From an uncultured Candidatus Saccharibacteria bacterium (lineage in GTDB: Bacteria > Patescibacteriota > WWE3 > 9FT-COMBO-53-11): a DNA stretch of 64,000 bases. The translations under genes were made by a program, and so were the position numbers. Shown here piece by piece: positions 27,379 through 36,983 of this stretch (the stretch's first letter is position 1; every line of letters begins with the position of its first letter). The stretch spans positions 1,024 to 65,023 of the forward strand of contig CAZEID010000006.1 of assembly GCA_964512075.1 (NCBI GenBank), written 5' to 3'. The notes beneath the pieces were generated by a model that was given only the letters and a program-made list of their open reading frames with translations, ran no database searches and was not told the DNA's origin.

Positions 27379-29139
27379 TTACCAGCTTCCGCCCCCGCCG
27401 CCGCCGAATCCACCTCCCGAGAATCCGCCCCCACCGAAACCGCTTCCCCCTTGGGAAGCCGGCCGGGAAGGGAGGGTTGAAACCAAGGAGTTCTCCATCG
27501 CATGAATTGAGGAAGAGAAACCCCCAAGGTTGAACGGACCCGGCCCGACGTACCAAGTCGGCGGAGGCGGTTCAATCCCGAGCGCTTGGAAAGCTCTAAC
27601 CCATTTGTCCACCACCCCAAAAACCATTGCGTAGGGGAGAAACTCATCAAAGCGGTTGATGCGCTCGTTGAACTGCTGTTGATATTTTTGGGCCGTGGAA
27701 ATAAAGAGCTTGAACCCGCTCGCCCGCCGAACCGCTTCCGTCCCTTTCGCGGTCTTCCGCGGCATCAGCGGCGCCGCCAGCATTGTCAACCCCGCCAACA
27801 CCGCCAACGGCACCGGCACCCACCCGAGCCCCATGCCGCCAAAGAGATAGAACAACAACCCCGAAACAATCCCTACCGCTACACCCCGGATTAGGTGCTG
27901 CGAGAGCACTTGATTCGGCGGCTGAGGAAAGTACCCTTTCTTAGTGAGGTCGGTGTAAAGATGCTCCCGGATCTTCGCCAACCGAAGGTAGAACTTCTCC
28001 TGCAAATCTGCAAGCGCGACCCGCTCTTTACCCAACCCGTCCCGACCGAAAATTCCGCGCAGGATCTCCTTCTCCCATTCTCCCAACTTCGGATCGTCTA
28101 GGAACTCCTTCTTCCGTTCAAAGAAGTAAGCGGACCTCCGACCTTTCTTCTCTTCGACAATCTTTAAATATCCTCGAACTGCTAAATCGACGATTTGGGA
28201 GGAGATATCCTTGAGGCTGACGCGCTCGTCGATCAGCGTGCCAATTTCTCCCGGGCGGAGATTTTCGGGAGGGTCAAACTCCACCACCACGGTCTGACGG
28301 GCGAAAAGCGGTTTGGTTTCGGCTCCCGCTCTAGGATTCAGAATCACCTGATTGCGATACCAAAGATCCCGCCCATGTTTCCACCACTGTCGCACCACGT
28401 AAGCCACCGCCGCCAATGAGCCTAAAATCAACCAATAGGGCCGAATTAGGTCATCCCAATAAACTGGATCCCGCACTAATCCTTTGGGAAAAGAATTTAC
28501 AATTGTGAGTCCTTCGCCCGGACTAAGTGGGGCGGTGGTAGCGAACTCTCCCCGCGTAGCACGAACCCTCGCAGAACAAGCCTGCGCCTGGGACCCTAAG
28601 GCACCGGTAAAACAGAGCGTCTGCTGAATATCCCCATTCTCTAATGAAACCGCGGCCGTCGCTCGGCGAACCCCCACTTCCCAGTCGGCCCCGGTCACAT
28701 TCCAATAGAATTCGTCATGGTCGTCGAACCGAGTAATAACCTTACCCACTAAGTAGGAGATTTGGTAGGTATGTCGGCCCGTGACAGTTTGGTTCGGATC
28801 CCCAATCCTAACCGTGGTGAAACCATCGGACGAGGTAACTTTGGTCTTTACCCACCTTCCGTCCTGCCGAACTGTTTTAAGGTCAAATCTAATCCCGGCA
28901 GTTGGGATCGTCCGAAAGATCCCGTGCTTTTGCAAAGGGCCGAAATCCACCTCAATCGTCTCCGTCACCTGCACCTTGCCGCTTTGGGGAATAAAAACCT
29001 GGGAATCAAAACTCTCAATCACCCAACCCTCCTGAGCTAAGGCGGGGCGGGGAAGGGCCAGGAGCACCAGCGAAAGAAAAAGGAAAAAGAAGCGTTTCAC
29101 CGGACCCAGTCTAGCAAAAACAGGAGCAACCTGGTACAA
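27379..29139 (-). CDS. DUF2207-type membrane protein with a Gly-rich C-terminal tail
   Basis: Signal/TM at the N-terminus, a large extracytoplasmic domain, internal TM helices, and a C-terminus GGSGFGGGGFSGGGFGGGGGGSW. Confidence 0.5.
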   Translation of the reverse strand: MYQVAPVFARLGPVKRFFFLFLSLVLLALPRPALAQEGWVIESFDSQVFIPQSGKVQVTETIEVDFGPLQKHGIFRTIPTAGIRFDLKTVRQDGRWVKTKVTSSDGFTTVRIGDPNQTVTGRHTYQISYLVGKVITRFDDHDEFYWNVTGADWEVGVRRATAAVSLENGDIQQTLCFTGALGSQAQACSARVRATRGEFATTAPLSPGEGLTIVNSFPKGLVRDPVYWDDLIRPYWLILGSLAAVAYVVRQWWKHGRDLWYRNQVILNPRAGAETKPLFARQTVVVEFDPPENLRPGEIGTLIDERVSLKDISSQIVDLAVRGYLKIVEEKKGRRSAYFFERKKEFLDDPKLGEWEKEILRGIFGRDGLGKERVALADLQEKFYLRLAKIREHLYTDLTKKGYFPQPPNQVLSQHLIRGVAVGIVSGLLFYLFGGMGLGWVPVPLAVLAGLTMLAAPLMPRKTAKGTEAVRRASGFKLFISTAQKYQQQFNERINRFDEFLPYAMVFGVVDKWVRAFQALGIEPPPPTWYVGPGPFNLGGFSSSIHAMENSLVSTLPSRPASQGGSGFGGGGFSGGGFGGGGGGSW

Positions 29140-29149
29140 TTGCGCTATA

Positions 29150-29578
29150 ATGGGAGAAGGAATGGCCCCAGAAGAAATTCAAAAAGAGGCCGAAAGATTC
29201 AACGCGGAAAAGGCGGCGGCGCGGGAAGCCGTCCCGGAGCAAAAAATGGAAGCTCGATTGGAAGATGACAGCGTTGCCCAGATCGCTCCCGAGTTCGCGG
29301 GAACGGAAACCCCAGTCAAGCTGGAGTTTCGAAAAGAACCGGAGACGGGAACCCTGCTTTACCTGGAGAAGCCCGCCGAATTTACCTCCAAAGGAAGGAT
29401 TGGCTTCCGCAAATTCTTCCGCGCCCAAGAACCGCTGGGATTCGTTCAAAAGCGGGAAGGAACCGTTTACCTCCGAGCAGAACCAGTTGATCCGGAAGAA
29501 GTAGAAGCCCGAAAGACCGAAGCCGTCGACATGCGCGATTACCTCACCGCGGAAACCCGGGCGAAACTCGGAATTTAA
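29150..29578 (+). CDS. hypothetical protein (142 aa)
   Basis: ORF with a charged N-terminus. Overlaps the next ORF by 1 nt. Confidence 0.4.
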   Translation: MGEGMAPEEIQKEAERFNAEKAAAREAVPEQKMEARLEDDSVAQIAPEFAGTETPVKLEFRKEPETGTLLYLEKPAEFTSKGRIGFRKFFRAQEPLGFVQKREGTVYLRAEPVDPEEVEARKTEAVDMRDYLTAETRAKLGI

Positions 29579-29904
29579 TGTTGTTCGGTAAAGAAAAAAC
29601 CTCCCTGAAGCAAAAGGGGTTTCTCCAGGCGCTAGGAGTGGCTGTCTATTGCACCCTTGTCGGTTTGCTCTTGGGAAACGGCGACCTCCTCTTCGGTCAG
29701 GCGAACCTGATTCTCGGCTCGATTCTAATGCTGGTTCTTTTCAGTGTCTCGGTGCTGGTTTGCGGCTTGCTGGTTTTCTTCCAACCCTACCGGCTCTTCT
29801 CCGACGGAAAAAGAAAAGAAGCCGCCGATCTGGTAATCTTTACCGCGATTTGGCTAGCAGCCTTCTTATTCCTCTCGCTCATTCTGACCATTCTTATAAG
29901 ATAG
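29578..29904 (+). CDS. small membrane protein (3 TM)
   Basis: Hydrophobic 108-aa ORF coupled to the previous one. Confidence 0.4.
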   Translation: MLFGKEKTSLKQKGFLQALGVAVYCTLVGLLLGNGDLLFGQANLILGSILMLVLFSVSVLVCGLLVFFQPYRLFSDGKRKEAADLVIFTAIWLAAFLFLSLILTILIR

Positions 29905-29922
29905 AGTAAAGAAGTGGGAGAA

Positions 29923-30561
29923 TTAACGGGACGGGTGGCGAAACTCCAAATAGGAGTAAACCGTCAAATAAATTGCCGCGAGTAACACCGGAATAATGGC
30001 GAGGTAAAACGCCCAATCCTGAAAGAAAACCCCCAGAACGGCGATCGCTCCGGCAATCTTAAATAGTTTTCCGCCCAGCCGGTGGGTCTTATCCCAAACC
30101 GCATCGCTACTCAATGTCCAAGGAGTCCGAATCCCAATAAACCAATTCCGCTTAGCCTTCTCGATCAGAATTCCGCAGTAGTAAAAGAGGATTCCAATCG
30201 CGACCGGCAGGAAGATCCGAATGTCGAGTTGAACCCCCAAATTCCAAAGGAGACTGAAACTGTAGATCCCCAACAGGAACAGCGTAATCAGAACAATAAA
30301 CCAATCAAAGTACTTCCGAAATTTGGCGATATTGGCCTTGAGCGGATCAATTCGCGGAATCAAAAGGAAGAACAGAAACATCACCAGCGCAACCGCCGGC
30401 ATCAGGAAAACGCCCCAGAACCGGGAGACGAAACCATCCACCTCGCCTCGGATATTCCAATGACCGACCATCGGATCGGGTAGCTGGGGGTAAAAATAAA
30501 CTCCCACCGCCGTCGCCAGCAGAACCAAGAGCAAAATGACCCACTCGCTTTTCCGCATCAC
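29923..30561 (-). CDS. SdpI/YhfL-family membrane protein (DUF1648 + SdpI)
   Basis: Motifs HWNIRGEVDG and GIRTPWTLSSDAVWDKTH. Confidence 0.65.
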   Translation of the reverse strand: MMRKSEWVILLLVLLATAVGVYFYPQLPDPMVGHWNIRGEVDGFVSRFWGVFLMPAVALVMFLFFLLIPRIDPLKANIAKFRKYFDWFIVLITLFLLGIYSFSLLWNLGVQLDIRIFLPVAIGILFYYCGILIEKAKRNWFIGIRTPWTLSSDAVWDKTHRLGGKLFKIAGAIAVLGVFFQDWAFYLAIIPVLLAAIYLTVYSYLEFRHPSR

Positions 30562-30647
30562 AGCTTGAGTATACTCTATTTCTTCCGAAGGCGCGTTATA
30601 ATTGGGTCACAGCTCCCGAGAATCAAACTGGAGAGAAAGGAGACGAC

Positions 30648-30893
30648 GTGCCCCCAACGGACCCCCGCCTAAAAAGGGCTGCGGTTGAAAGCATTCAGAG
30701 CTCGATTCGACATTATCTGGACGAGGCCGCTCGCATCCAGCCCGATGTGGTGGATCCCAACGCCCGCCGGGCGCTGGTTTCACTCAAAGTGGCGGTAGAT
30801 CAGATGTTCACCCTTCTTCAACTCGCTCTGGCTAACTACCTTCGAGAAGCCAGCGAACGCTCCGACCAGGATTGCGGGGAGAGAAAAAGATGA
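30648..30893 (+). CDS. hypothetical protein (81 aa)
   Basis: ORF whose stop overlaps the next start (ATGA). Confidence 0.35.
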   Translation: MPPTDPRLKRAAVESIQSSIRHYLDEAARIQPDVVDPNARRALVSLKVAVDQMFTLLQLALANYLREASERSDQDCGERKR

Positions 30894-31192
30894 AGAAAAT
30901 TATGTCCATCCGGTTCCTGCGCACCGGAGTCTGGGTTGGAAGCTTAGGGGGAGGAATACTCCTCTCTCTCCTGCTCAATTACCTCTGGCCCGGCCGGGGA
31001 CTGACCTTCCTCGGAGCTACGTCCTACCTTGTCTCGGGCTACATTCTTGATCGAACGGTGCGAACCTACAGCGATTGGGACCGGCGGTTCTTCACTCGGG
31101 AATACGGCCGGAAGATGCCGTTTCTGCTGGGTCTCGGCGGACCGTTCTACCTGGCGGGAGAGTTCTTTCGCGACCTGTGGCGGTACCCCTGA
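30890..31192 (+). CDS. small membrane protein
   Basis: MKKIMSIRFLRTGVWVGSLGGGILLSLLLNYLW... Two hydrophobic helices. Confidence 0.4.
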   Translation: MKKIMSIRFLRTGVWVGSLGGGILLSLLLNYLWPGRGLTFLGATSYLVSGYILDRTVRTYSDWDRRFFTREYGRKMPFLLGLGGPFYLAGEFFRDLWRYP

Positions 31193-31209
31193 ATGAGACC
31201 GAAATCCTA

Positions 31210-31242
31210 AGCGGTGGGACACCCATCCCGCCGCTTTTTTTT
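31210..31242 (+). terminator. rho-independent terminator
   Basis: AGCGGTGGG-ACACCCAT-CCCGCCGCT followed by a TTTTTTTT run. Confidence 0.55.
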
Positions 31243-31250
31243 ACGACCAC

Positions 31251-31281
31251 AAAAAGGCGGTGCGCTTTGCGCAACACCGCT
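31251..31281 (-). terminator. rho-independent terminator for the convergent minus-strand gene
   Basis: Minus-strand reading gives GCGGTG-loop-CACCGCC followed by TTTTT. Confidence 0.5.
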
Positions 31282-31290
31282 TTTGTTCTA

Positions 31291-31809
31291 TCATCGGATT
31301 CGCTCCCCCAGATGTCCGAAGAACCGTCTCCACAAAACCCCGAATCGCTCGCGAGAGAAGAGCAGATGTAAAAACCCTAATAGCGCAATCCCGATGAGGT
31401 AGGTTGGATCTTGAAGAGTGGCAACCACGAAATAAAGGACAATCCAAGCGAAGGTGATAATCCCCTGAAAAATCAGGAAATCCACTCGGACCAGAATGAA
31501 GGCGCCGACCACTGCCAATGCGTAAACTCGGAAGTCTACGAATCCGGTCAGGGCCAGCAGGGTGAAGCTTCCCAGCCCGAGCAACAAGTCCACCCAGCCA
31601 TCATTTCTCCCGAAGAATCCCTCTCCGGCATGGCCGCTCCGGCGCGCCAATTGGCCGTCAAACAAGTCCGTTAACCAGAGCAGGAGCAACAGCCAACCGG
31701 CGGTCCCCGCCACCGCGGGAGCACCGCGGATTAAGCCGATTACCGGAATCAGCCCCGCTCCCAAAAGTCGGACTGCCGTCAGAATATCCGCCGCCCGTTT
31801 CAGCGTCAT
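31291..31809 (-). CDS. CDP-alcohol phosphatidyltransferase family protein
   Basis: Motif DLFDGQLARRSGHAGEGFFGRNDGWVDLL (D-x2-DG-x2-AR...G-x3-D-x3-D). Multi-TM. Confidence 0.7.
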   Translation of the reverse strand: MTLKRAADILTAVRLLGAGLIPVIGLIRGAPAVAGTAGWLLLLLWLTDLFDGQLARRSGHAGEGFFGRNDGWVDLLLGLGSFTLLALTGFVDFRVYALAVVGAFILVRVDFLIFQGIITFAWIVLYFVVATLQDPTYLIGIALLGFLHLLFSRERFGVLWRRFFGHLGERIR

Positions 31810-31925
31810 CTCCCTTCCCTCCGAGATTTTTTGATTTGCTTAGATTCTACCCCCGAATTCTATAACGTCAAGGGAAAAAAATCCTTGCTATTATTTGGGC
31901 GGAAAACGAAGAGAGGAGAAGAGAA

Positions 31926-32261
31926 ATGGCCGACCAGCATATCCGCGCTTGGAAAGCCTTTCGCTTGGACAAGCAAGGGCGTCTTCGGTTTCTGTTCCAT
32001 GGTCATGCTGGAACAACCCTGGTACCCGTAGGAACTTGGCTGGAAGCCAAAGCCCACTGGGTCCGAGACTCGGGAGATAGGAACCAAAAGGCCTACCGCG
32101 CCGGGTTCCACTGTTTTCCCCGCCGGGAAGATGCGGATAGGTTTGAGAAGCGGATCCGGGGGAAGTACTTTATCCTGCCGGTTCTGGTTTCGGCCGCGCG
32201 ACCCAAACCACGGACAAACGTCGGTTCTTGGCTCGCCCGGTACTTGCTTGTTCCCACCTAA
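31926..32261 (+). CDS. hypothetical protein (111 aa)
   Basis: RBS GAGGAGAAGAGAA before the ATG. A terminator follows. Confidence 0.45.
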   Translation: MADQHIRAWKAFRLDKQGRLRFLFHGHAGTTLVPVGTWLEAKAHWVRDSGDRNQKAYRAGFHCFPRREDADRFEKRIRGKYFILPVLVSAARPKPRTNVGSWLARYLLVPT

Positions 32262-32301
32262 CGCTAACCTCCGCCAGAGGCGGACAGGCGTTGGGTTTTT
32301 T
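32260..32301 (+). terminator. rho-independent terminator
   Basis: AACGC-TAACCT-CCGCC-AGA-GGCGG-ACAG-GCGTT-GGG-TTTTTT nested stem. Confidence 0.5.
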
Positions 32302-32411
32302 CTTTCGTGCTATACTGGGAAGTTCTGTTTCCTCGTTTGGTAAATAAGGTACCCCAAAGGCACTCTCTATTCACCCAGCAGAAACAGCAAAATAAAGGTG
32401 GTGATATAAGT

Positions 32412-32684
32412 ATGGCAAAAAGACTATTTGTCGGGGGACTCTCTTACAGTATCTCCGACCAGAAACTGGAGGAAATCTTCTCCGTGATTGGAAACGTCAG
32501 CTCCGCCAACGTAATCACTGACCGGGAAACCGGCCAGAGCAAGGGTTTTGGCTTTGTGGAGTTTGAGAAAGATGCGGACGCCGATGAGGCGATCGCAAAA
32601 CTCAACGGTACCGAAGCAGAAGGAAGAAAAATCTCCGTCAGCGTCGCCCGACCGCGGGAAGAACGCTCCCGAAGAAGCTGGTAG
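32412..32684 (+). CDS. RRM-type RNA-binding protein (glycine-poor, Arg-rich tail)
   Basis: RNP-2 LFVGGL and RNP-1 KGFGFVEF. RBS AAGGTGGTG upstream. Confidence 0.75.
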   Translation: MAKRLFVGGLSYSISDQKLEEIFSVIGNVSSANVITDRETGQSKGFGFVEFEKDADADEAIAKLNGTEAEGRKISVSVARPREERSRRSW

Positions 32685-32788
32685 CTCGCTTCTCCTGCCG
32701 GAAGGAATAACCTGGTTCTCGTGCCGACCCCGGGTGGAATTCCGCCCGCGGCATTGAATTACCCCAGTCAAAGAAAGATAATGGAGGC

Positions 32789-35323
32789 GTGCGATCCTTC
32801 CCAAAGATCGAAAAGCCGTTCCAGACTTCCCCCGCGACTCTGTTCGAGGTCCTGCAAACCAGTCCGCAGGGGCTGACGGAAGCGGAAGCGCGGTCCCGTT
32901 GGGAAGAGCTTGGCCCCAACCAAATCGAACTCAAAAAGCGGCGGACCGCCGTTGCGATTCTGTTTTCCCAACTTCAAAACTGGCTAATGCTGGTACTGAT
33001 CGCCGCCGCGTTGGTTTCGTTTTCACTGGGCGAAAGGGTAGACTCCTTGGTAATCCTGGGAATTGTCCTTCTGAGTATCCTTTTCGGTTTCTTCCAAGAA
33101 TATCGGGCCGAAAGAACTCTCGAAAGTTTAAAGAAATTCATCTCCCATCAGGCCCGAGTCCTCCGGGACGGGCAGGTAAAGAAGATTAATGCCGCTCTTC
33201 TTACCGTCGGGGATATCGTTCTCGTACGGTTAGGTGACCGCATCCCGGCCGATCTCCGGCTGCTGGAAGCGCATAATCTTACGACCGACGAGATGCTTAT
33301 CACAGGAGAATCGCTCCCGGCGGTAAAAGCGCCGGGGCCGCTACGGCTCACCGATCCCGCCGTGGCCGAGCAGAAGAACATGCTTTTCGCCGGCAGCACG
33401 GTCTCCTCCGGGGAGGGCCGGGGAGTCGTAGTCGCGGTCGGAGCCGCCACTTACCTGGGCCAAACCGCAAAACGCCTAGAACAACCGGAACCCCCTACCG
33501 AGTTTCAGAAACAACTCCGGGCCTTCAGCCGCTTTCTCCTAGGGATAATCCTGGCTCTAACGGTCTTTGTCTTTCTCGCTAACGCCCTTCTCGGAAAAGG
33601 CTATCTCAATTCCTTCCTGTTCGCGGTCGCCTTGGCAGTGGGGGTTACTCCGGAACTGCTCCCAATGATTATCACCGTCACCCTTTCTCAAGGAGCTCTT
33701 CAAATGGCCCGCCTCAAAGTCGTGGTAAAGAAGCTGGTTTCCGTGGAAGACCTCGGCAATATCGACACTCTCTGCACCGACAAAACCGGAACTCTAACTA
33801 TCGGAAAGTTCACTCTTAAGAACTATTTGGACGATCACTTCGCAACCAGTGAGAAGGTTCTTCTCGATGCACTAGCGTGCGTTAACGCGGGGCGGGCGGG
33901 GGCGTTGCCCCCCAGTGACTTAGACCGGGCAATCTGGGAAGCACCGGTCAGCAAACGCCTCCGTCCGCAGTTGGAGAAAACAGAGATTTTGGGCGAAAAC
34001 GAATTTGATTTTGACCGTCGGAGGGAAAGCGTTCTCCTTCAAGTTGGGGAAAGCCGCCGCCTAATTGTAATGGGAGCACCCGAATCGGTCTTCGCCCAAT
34101 GCCAATTTTCTTCCTCTGCCGAGAAAAGAAAGGCCTGGAATTGGATTGAGAAAGCCGAGAATCAAGGGAATCGGATAATCGCCTTGGCTACCAAGGAAAC
34201 TACCAAAACCCGAGTTACCTCCCGCGATGAGACGAATCTCTCTTGGGAGGGTTTATTGGTCTTCACGGACCCGATTAAAGGGACCGCGCAGAAGTCTTTG
34301 GACCTTTTCCGCCAGCTGGGGGTCAACATTAAAATCATCAGCGGCGACAGTCCGCGAGTAGTTAAGCGGGTGGCGATGGCGGTCGGATTGGCCCGAGAGA
34401 ACACCCCGGTCGCGCTCGGCAGCGAACTGGAGAAGCTTAACCCCGCCCAATTTGAAGAATGGGCGCGGAAGTACACCCTCTTTGCCCGAACCACTCCGAC
34501 CCAAAAGGAACGGCTGATCGCCAGTCTAAATCGGGAGGGACATATCGTCGGTTTCCTCGGCGACGGGTTTAACGATGCTCCCGCGCTGAAATCTGCCGAT
34601 GTCGGAATCGCAGTCGACAACGGCTCGGAGACTGCCAAAGAAGCAGCGGATATCGTTTTACTAGAGAAGGATCTTGCCGTTCTGGCACAAGGAATTGAAG
34701 CGGGGCGAAAAATTTTCGGCAATATCAACAAATACATCTTCAACACTATTAGTGCCAACTATGGAAACATGTTCACGGTCGCAATCTCCTCACTGTTCCT
34801 AAAATTTATTCCTCTCCTCCCAACCCAGATTCTGCTGAACAACTTCATCAGCGACATTCCCTTGCTGGCGATTGCAACCGACAACGTGGATGAGGATTTT
34901 GTAAAAAAGCCGAAGCGTTGGAATATCCCGCTGATCGGGCGCTTCATGGTCTACTTTGGTTCTCTTAGCTCAATCTTTGACTTCGCCACCATTCTCCCCC
35001 TGCTCTACGTAAGCCAACTAAGCCCCGGACCCTTCCGAACCGCCTGGTTCATCGAGTCCGCTATCTCCGAAATCATCATCACTTTTGCCATCCGCACCCG
35101 AAAACCGTTCCAGAAGAGCCGCCCGAGCGGGTGGTTGCTGGGATTAAGCCTCGGCTCCCTTGCAGCGGTTTTAGCCCTTCCCTACACCCGGGCGGGAAAA
35201 GTGCTCTTCAACTTCTCCTCCCTCTCTCTACCGGTTCTCGGGTGGATCGCTCTCGTCCTGCTGACTTACTTTACTGCGGCCGAAATTGGCAAAAAGCGGT
35301 TCTTCCGCAAGTTTGAGATATAG
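32789..35323 (+). CDS. mgtA: magnesium-transporting P-type ATPase (MgtA type)
   Basis: DKTGTLT phosphorylation site, LGDGFNDAPALK hinge, TGES actuator motif, 10 TM. GTG start is uncertain. Confidence 0.8.
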   Translation: MRSFPKIEKPFQTSPATLFEVLQTSPQGLTEAEARSRWEELGPNQIELKKRRTAVAILFSQLQNWLMLVLIAAALVSFSLGERVDSLVILGIVLLSILFGFFQEYRAERTLESLKKFISHQARVLRDGQVKKINAALLTVGDIVLVRLGDRIPADLRLLEAHNLTTDEMLITGESLPAVKAPGPLRLTDPAVAEQKNMLFAGSTVSSGEGRGVVVAVGAATYLGQTAKRLEQPEPPTEFQKQLRAFSRFLLGIILALTVFVFLANALLGKGYLNSFLFAVALAVGVTPELLPMIITVTLSQGALQMARLKVVVKKLVSVEDLGNIDTLCTDKTGTLTIGKFTLKNYLDDHFATSEKVLLDALACVNAGRAGALPPSDLDRAIWEAPVSKRLRPQLEKTEILGENEFDFDRRRESVLLQVGESRRLIVMGAPESVFAQCQFSSSAEKRKAWNWIEKAENQGNRIIALATKETTKTRVTSRDETNLSWEGLLVFTDPIKGTAQKSLDLFRQLGVNIKIISGDSPRVVKRVAMAVGLARENTPVALGSELEKLNPAQFEEWARKYTLFARTTPTQKERLIASLNREGHIVGFLGDGFNDAPALKSADVGIAVDNGSETAKEAADIVLLEKDLAVLAQGIEAGRKIFGNINKYIFNTISANYGNMFTVAISSLFLKFIPLLPTQILLNNFISDIPLLAIATDNVDEDFVKKPKRWNIPLIGRFMVYFGSLSSIFDFATILPLLYVSQLSPGPFRTAWFIESAISEIIITFAIRTRKPFQKSRPSGWLLGLSLGSLAAVLALPYTRAGKVLFNFSSLSLPVLGWIALVLLTYFTAAEIGKKRFFRKFEI

Positions 35324-35409
35324 GTTGGAAAAGGAAGGCAACCCCTCAGAACTGCGGTGACTGAAGAAGTCAGAGCCAACCGCTATTGATCTCGCCGCTT
35401 CCTAACCCC

Positions 35410-35442
35410 TTGACAATATCTCATTATGAATATATATTCATA
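35410..35442 (+). promoter_or_regulatory. near-consensus promoter TTGACA-17-TATATT overlapped by an 18-bp perfect palindrome TATGAATATATATTCATA (35425-35442)
   Basis: Read directly. Followed by RBS GGAAGGAGGTG and the ATG at 35471. Confidence 0.55.
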
Positions 35443-35470
35443 TTAATGGGGCTGGAAGGAGGTGAAAATA

Positions 35471-35719
35471 ATGCCAGGATTAGATAGAACTGGACCGTTC
35501 GGAGCGGGTCCGGGGACCGGAAGAAGGTTTGGACCTTGTTTTGGCTTTGGCCTGGGTTATTTCCCGCACCATACCCGCGGGCTAGGCCGCTACTTCCGCT
35601 GGAACTGGCCGCAGGCAAAGGAGGACCAGAAGAAAGCCCTCCAAGAGTACCGAAAGGCACTCGAGGAAGAGCTGGAGGACGTTAAAAAAGCGGAAGAGGA
35701 TCTGGAAAAGAAGGAATAA
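35471..35719 (+). CDS. DUF5320-like small protein
   Basis: N-terminus MPGLDRTGPFGAGPGTGRRFGPCFGFGLGY, C-terminal coiled-coil/acidic tail. The family typically precedes DUF134. Confidence 0.55.
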   Translation: MPGLDRTGPFGAGPGTGRRFGPCFGFGLGYFPHHTRGLGRYFRWNWPQAKEDQKKALQEYRKALEEELEDVKKAEEDLEKKE

Positions 35720-35736
35720 ATCCTCTCCAAGACCTT

Positions 35737-36015
35737 ATGCCGCGCCCCCGAATTCCCCGGTGCTTGCGACTGCGACCCAGCGTTCACTACTTTAAGCCCC
35801 GAGGGACCCCTTTGCGGTCCCTGGAAGAAGTAGTTCTCCTCCCTGACGAGCTGGAGGCCCTCAACCTCTACGAGGTGGAGAAGCTGAAACAAACCGCCGC
35901 GGCCCAGAAAATGGGCATCTCTCAACCCACTTTCGCCCGCACCCTGGACCGCGCCCACAAAAAGATTGCGGAAGCCATTATCGGGGGGAAAGCGATTCGA
36001 ATTGAGAAAACTTGA
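35737..36015 (+). CDS. DUF134/UPF0251-family predicted DNA-binding protein
   Basis: MPRPRIPRCLRLRPSVHYFKPRGTPL...LNLYEVEKLKQTAAAQKMGISQPTFARTLDRAHKKIAEAIIGGKAIRIE matches the DUF134 pattern with a sigma-70-region-4-like HTH. Confidence 0.65.
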   Translation: MPRPRIPRCLRLRPSVHYFKPRGTPLRSLEEVVLLPDELEALNLYEVEKLKQTAAAQKMGISQPTFARTLDRAHKKIAEAIIGGKAIRIEKT

Positions 36016-36022
36016 GGACAAG

Positions 36023-36895
36023 TTAAGCTTTACCCTCGGAACCGAATAGTTTAATCTTGCGCTCAATCACCTCCTGGACAGCCGCAATCACGGGAGGCAT
36101 GATCTTGTAGATGGCAACTTCGTCGGTTGCCTTCAGGGTTTCCTCCAGTGTTTTTCGATAAGCCATCCGTAGCTCCGTATTGACGTTGACTTTAACGATC
36201 TTCCCAACCCGGATCGCATTCCGCACCTGCTCCTCGGAAATCGTACTCCCGCCGTGGAGACTGAAGAAGCAGGAAAGGCGTTCCCGCAGCTTCGCTAGCA
36301 AACCTAGGTCGAGACGCTTCTCGCTGGAGTAAATCCCGTGGACGTTCCCAATCGAAACCGCAAGGGTGTCAATCTCCGTTCTTTTCACGAAATCCTCGGC
36401 CTGATCCGGATCAGTCAACTCTTCCTTCGCTACTGCTTCTTCCGCTTTTTCGGCGTGGGGCGCACTAGTCCCGCCGATCGGCGTCAACTCCGCCTCAACC
36501 AAAAGCCCTCGCGCATGAGCTTCTTTGACAACTTCAGCTGTAGCCGCGACGTTCTCCTCATAGGGAAGCTTAGAGGCGTTAATGTGAATCAAATCGTAAC
36601 CGGCGGCAATTCCTGCCTTAGCCGCCTCCACGGACGGAGAATGGTCCAAATTAATCAAGATTGGGACACCAAATTCCTGACTAAGGTTGCGGACTACCGC
36701 CACTAGATTCCTTGCCCCAATGAATTTGGTCTCGCCGTGAGAACTTTCGGCAATCACAGGCGCCCTTAAGGACCCGGCCGCTTGCGCAATCGCCTTTAAA
36801 GTCTCCAAATTGGCAGCGTTGAAAGCCCCAATTGCATAACCCTCATTTTGCGCTTTTTCAAATATTTCCCTTGAATTTATCACCGATTGCTTCAC
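36023..36895 (-). CDS. class II fructose-bisphosphate aldolase family protein
   Basis: ILINLDHSPS and SLHGGS motifs of class II (metal-dependent) aldolases. Confidence 0.75.
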   Translation of the reverse strand: MKQSVINSREIFEKAQNEGYAIGAFNAANLETLKAIAQAAGSLRAPVIAESSHGETKFIGARNLVAVVRNLSQEFGVPILINLDHSPSVEAAKAGIAAGYDLIHINASKLPYEENVAATAEVVKEAHARGLLVEAELTPIGGTSAPHAEKAEEAVAKEELTDPDQAEDFVKRTEIDTLAVSIGNVHGIYSSEKRLDLGLLAKLRERLSCFFSLHGGSTISEEQVRNAIRVGKIVKVNVNTELRMAYRKTLEETLKATDEVAIYKIMPPVIAAVQEVIERKIKLFGSEGKA

Positions 36896-36983
36896 CTTAC
36901 TATAGTATATTAGTATACTATAATAGAGTAACTAAAGTACCCATTAGCAGAGAGCTATTCAGTGCCCGCTGCTAATCCCTGCC

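Noticed and set aside
32685-32788. Possible Mg2+ riboswitch (M-box) in the leader of the mgtA-like P-type ATPase
   Set aside because: The leader is only ~100 nt and I cannot see the conserved M-box helices. It may simply be the RRM gene's terminator region plus an RBS.
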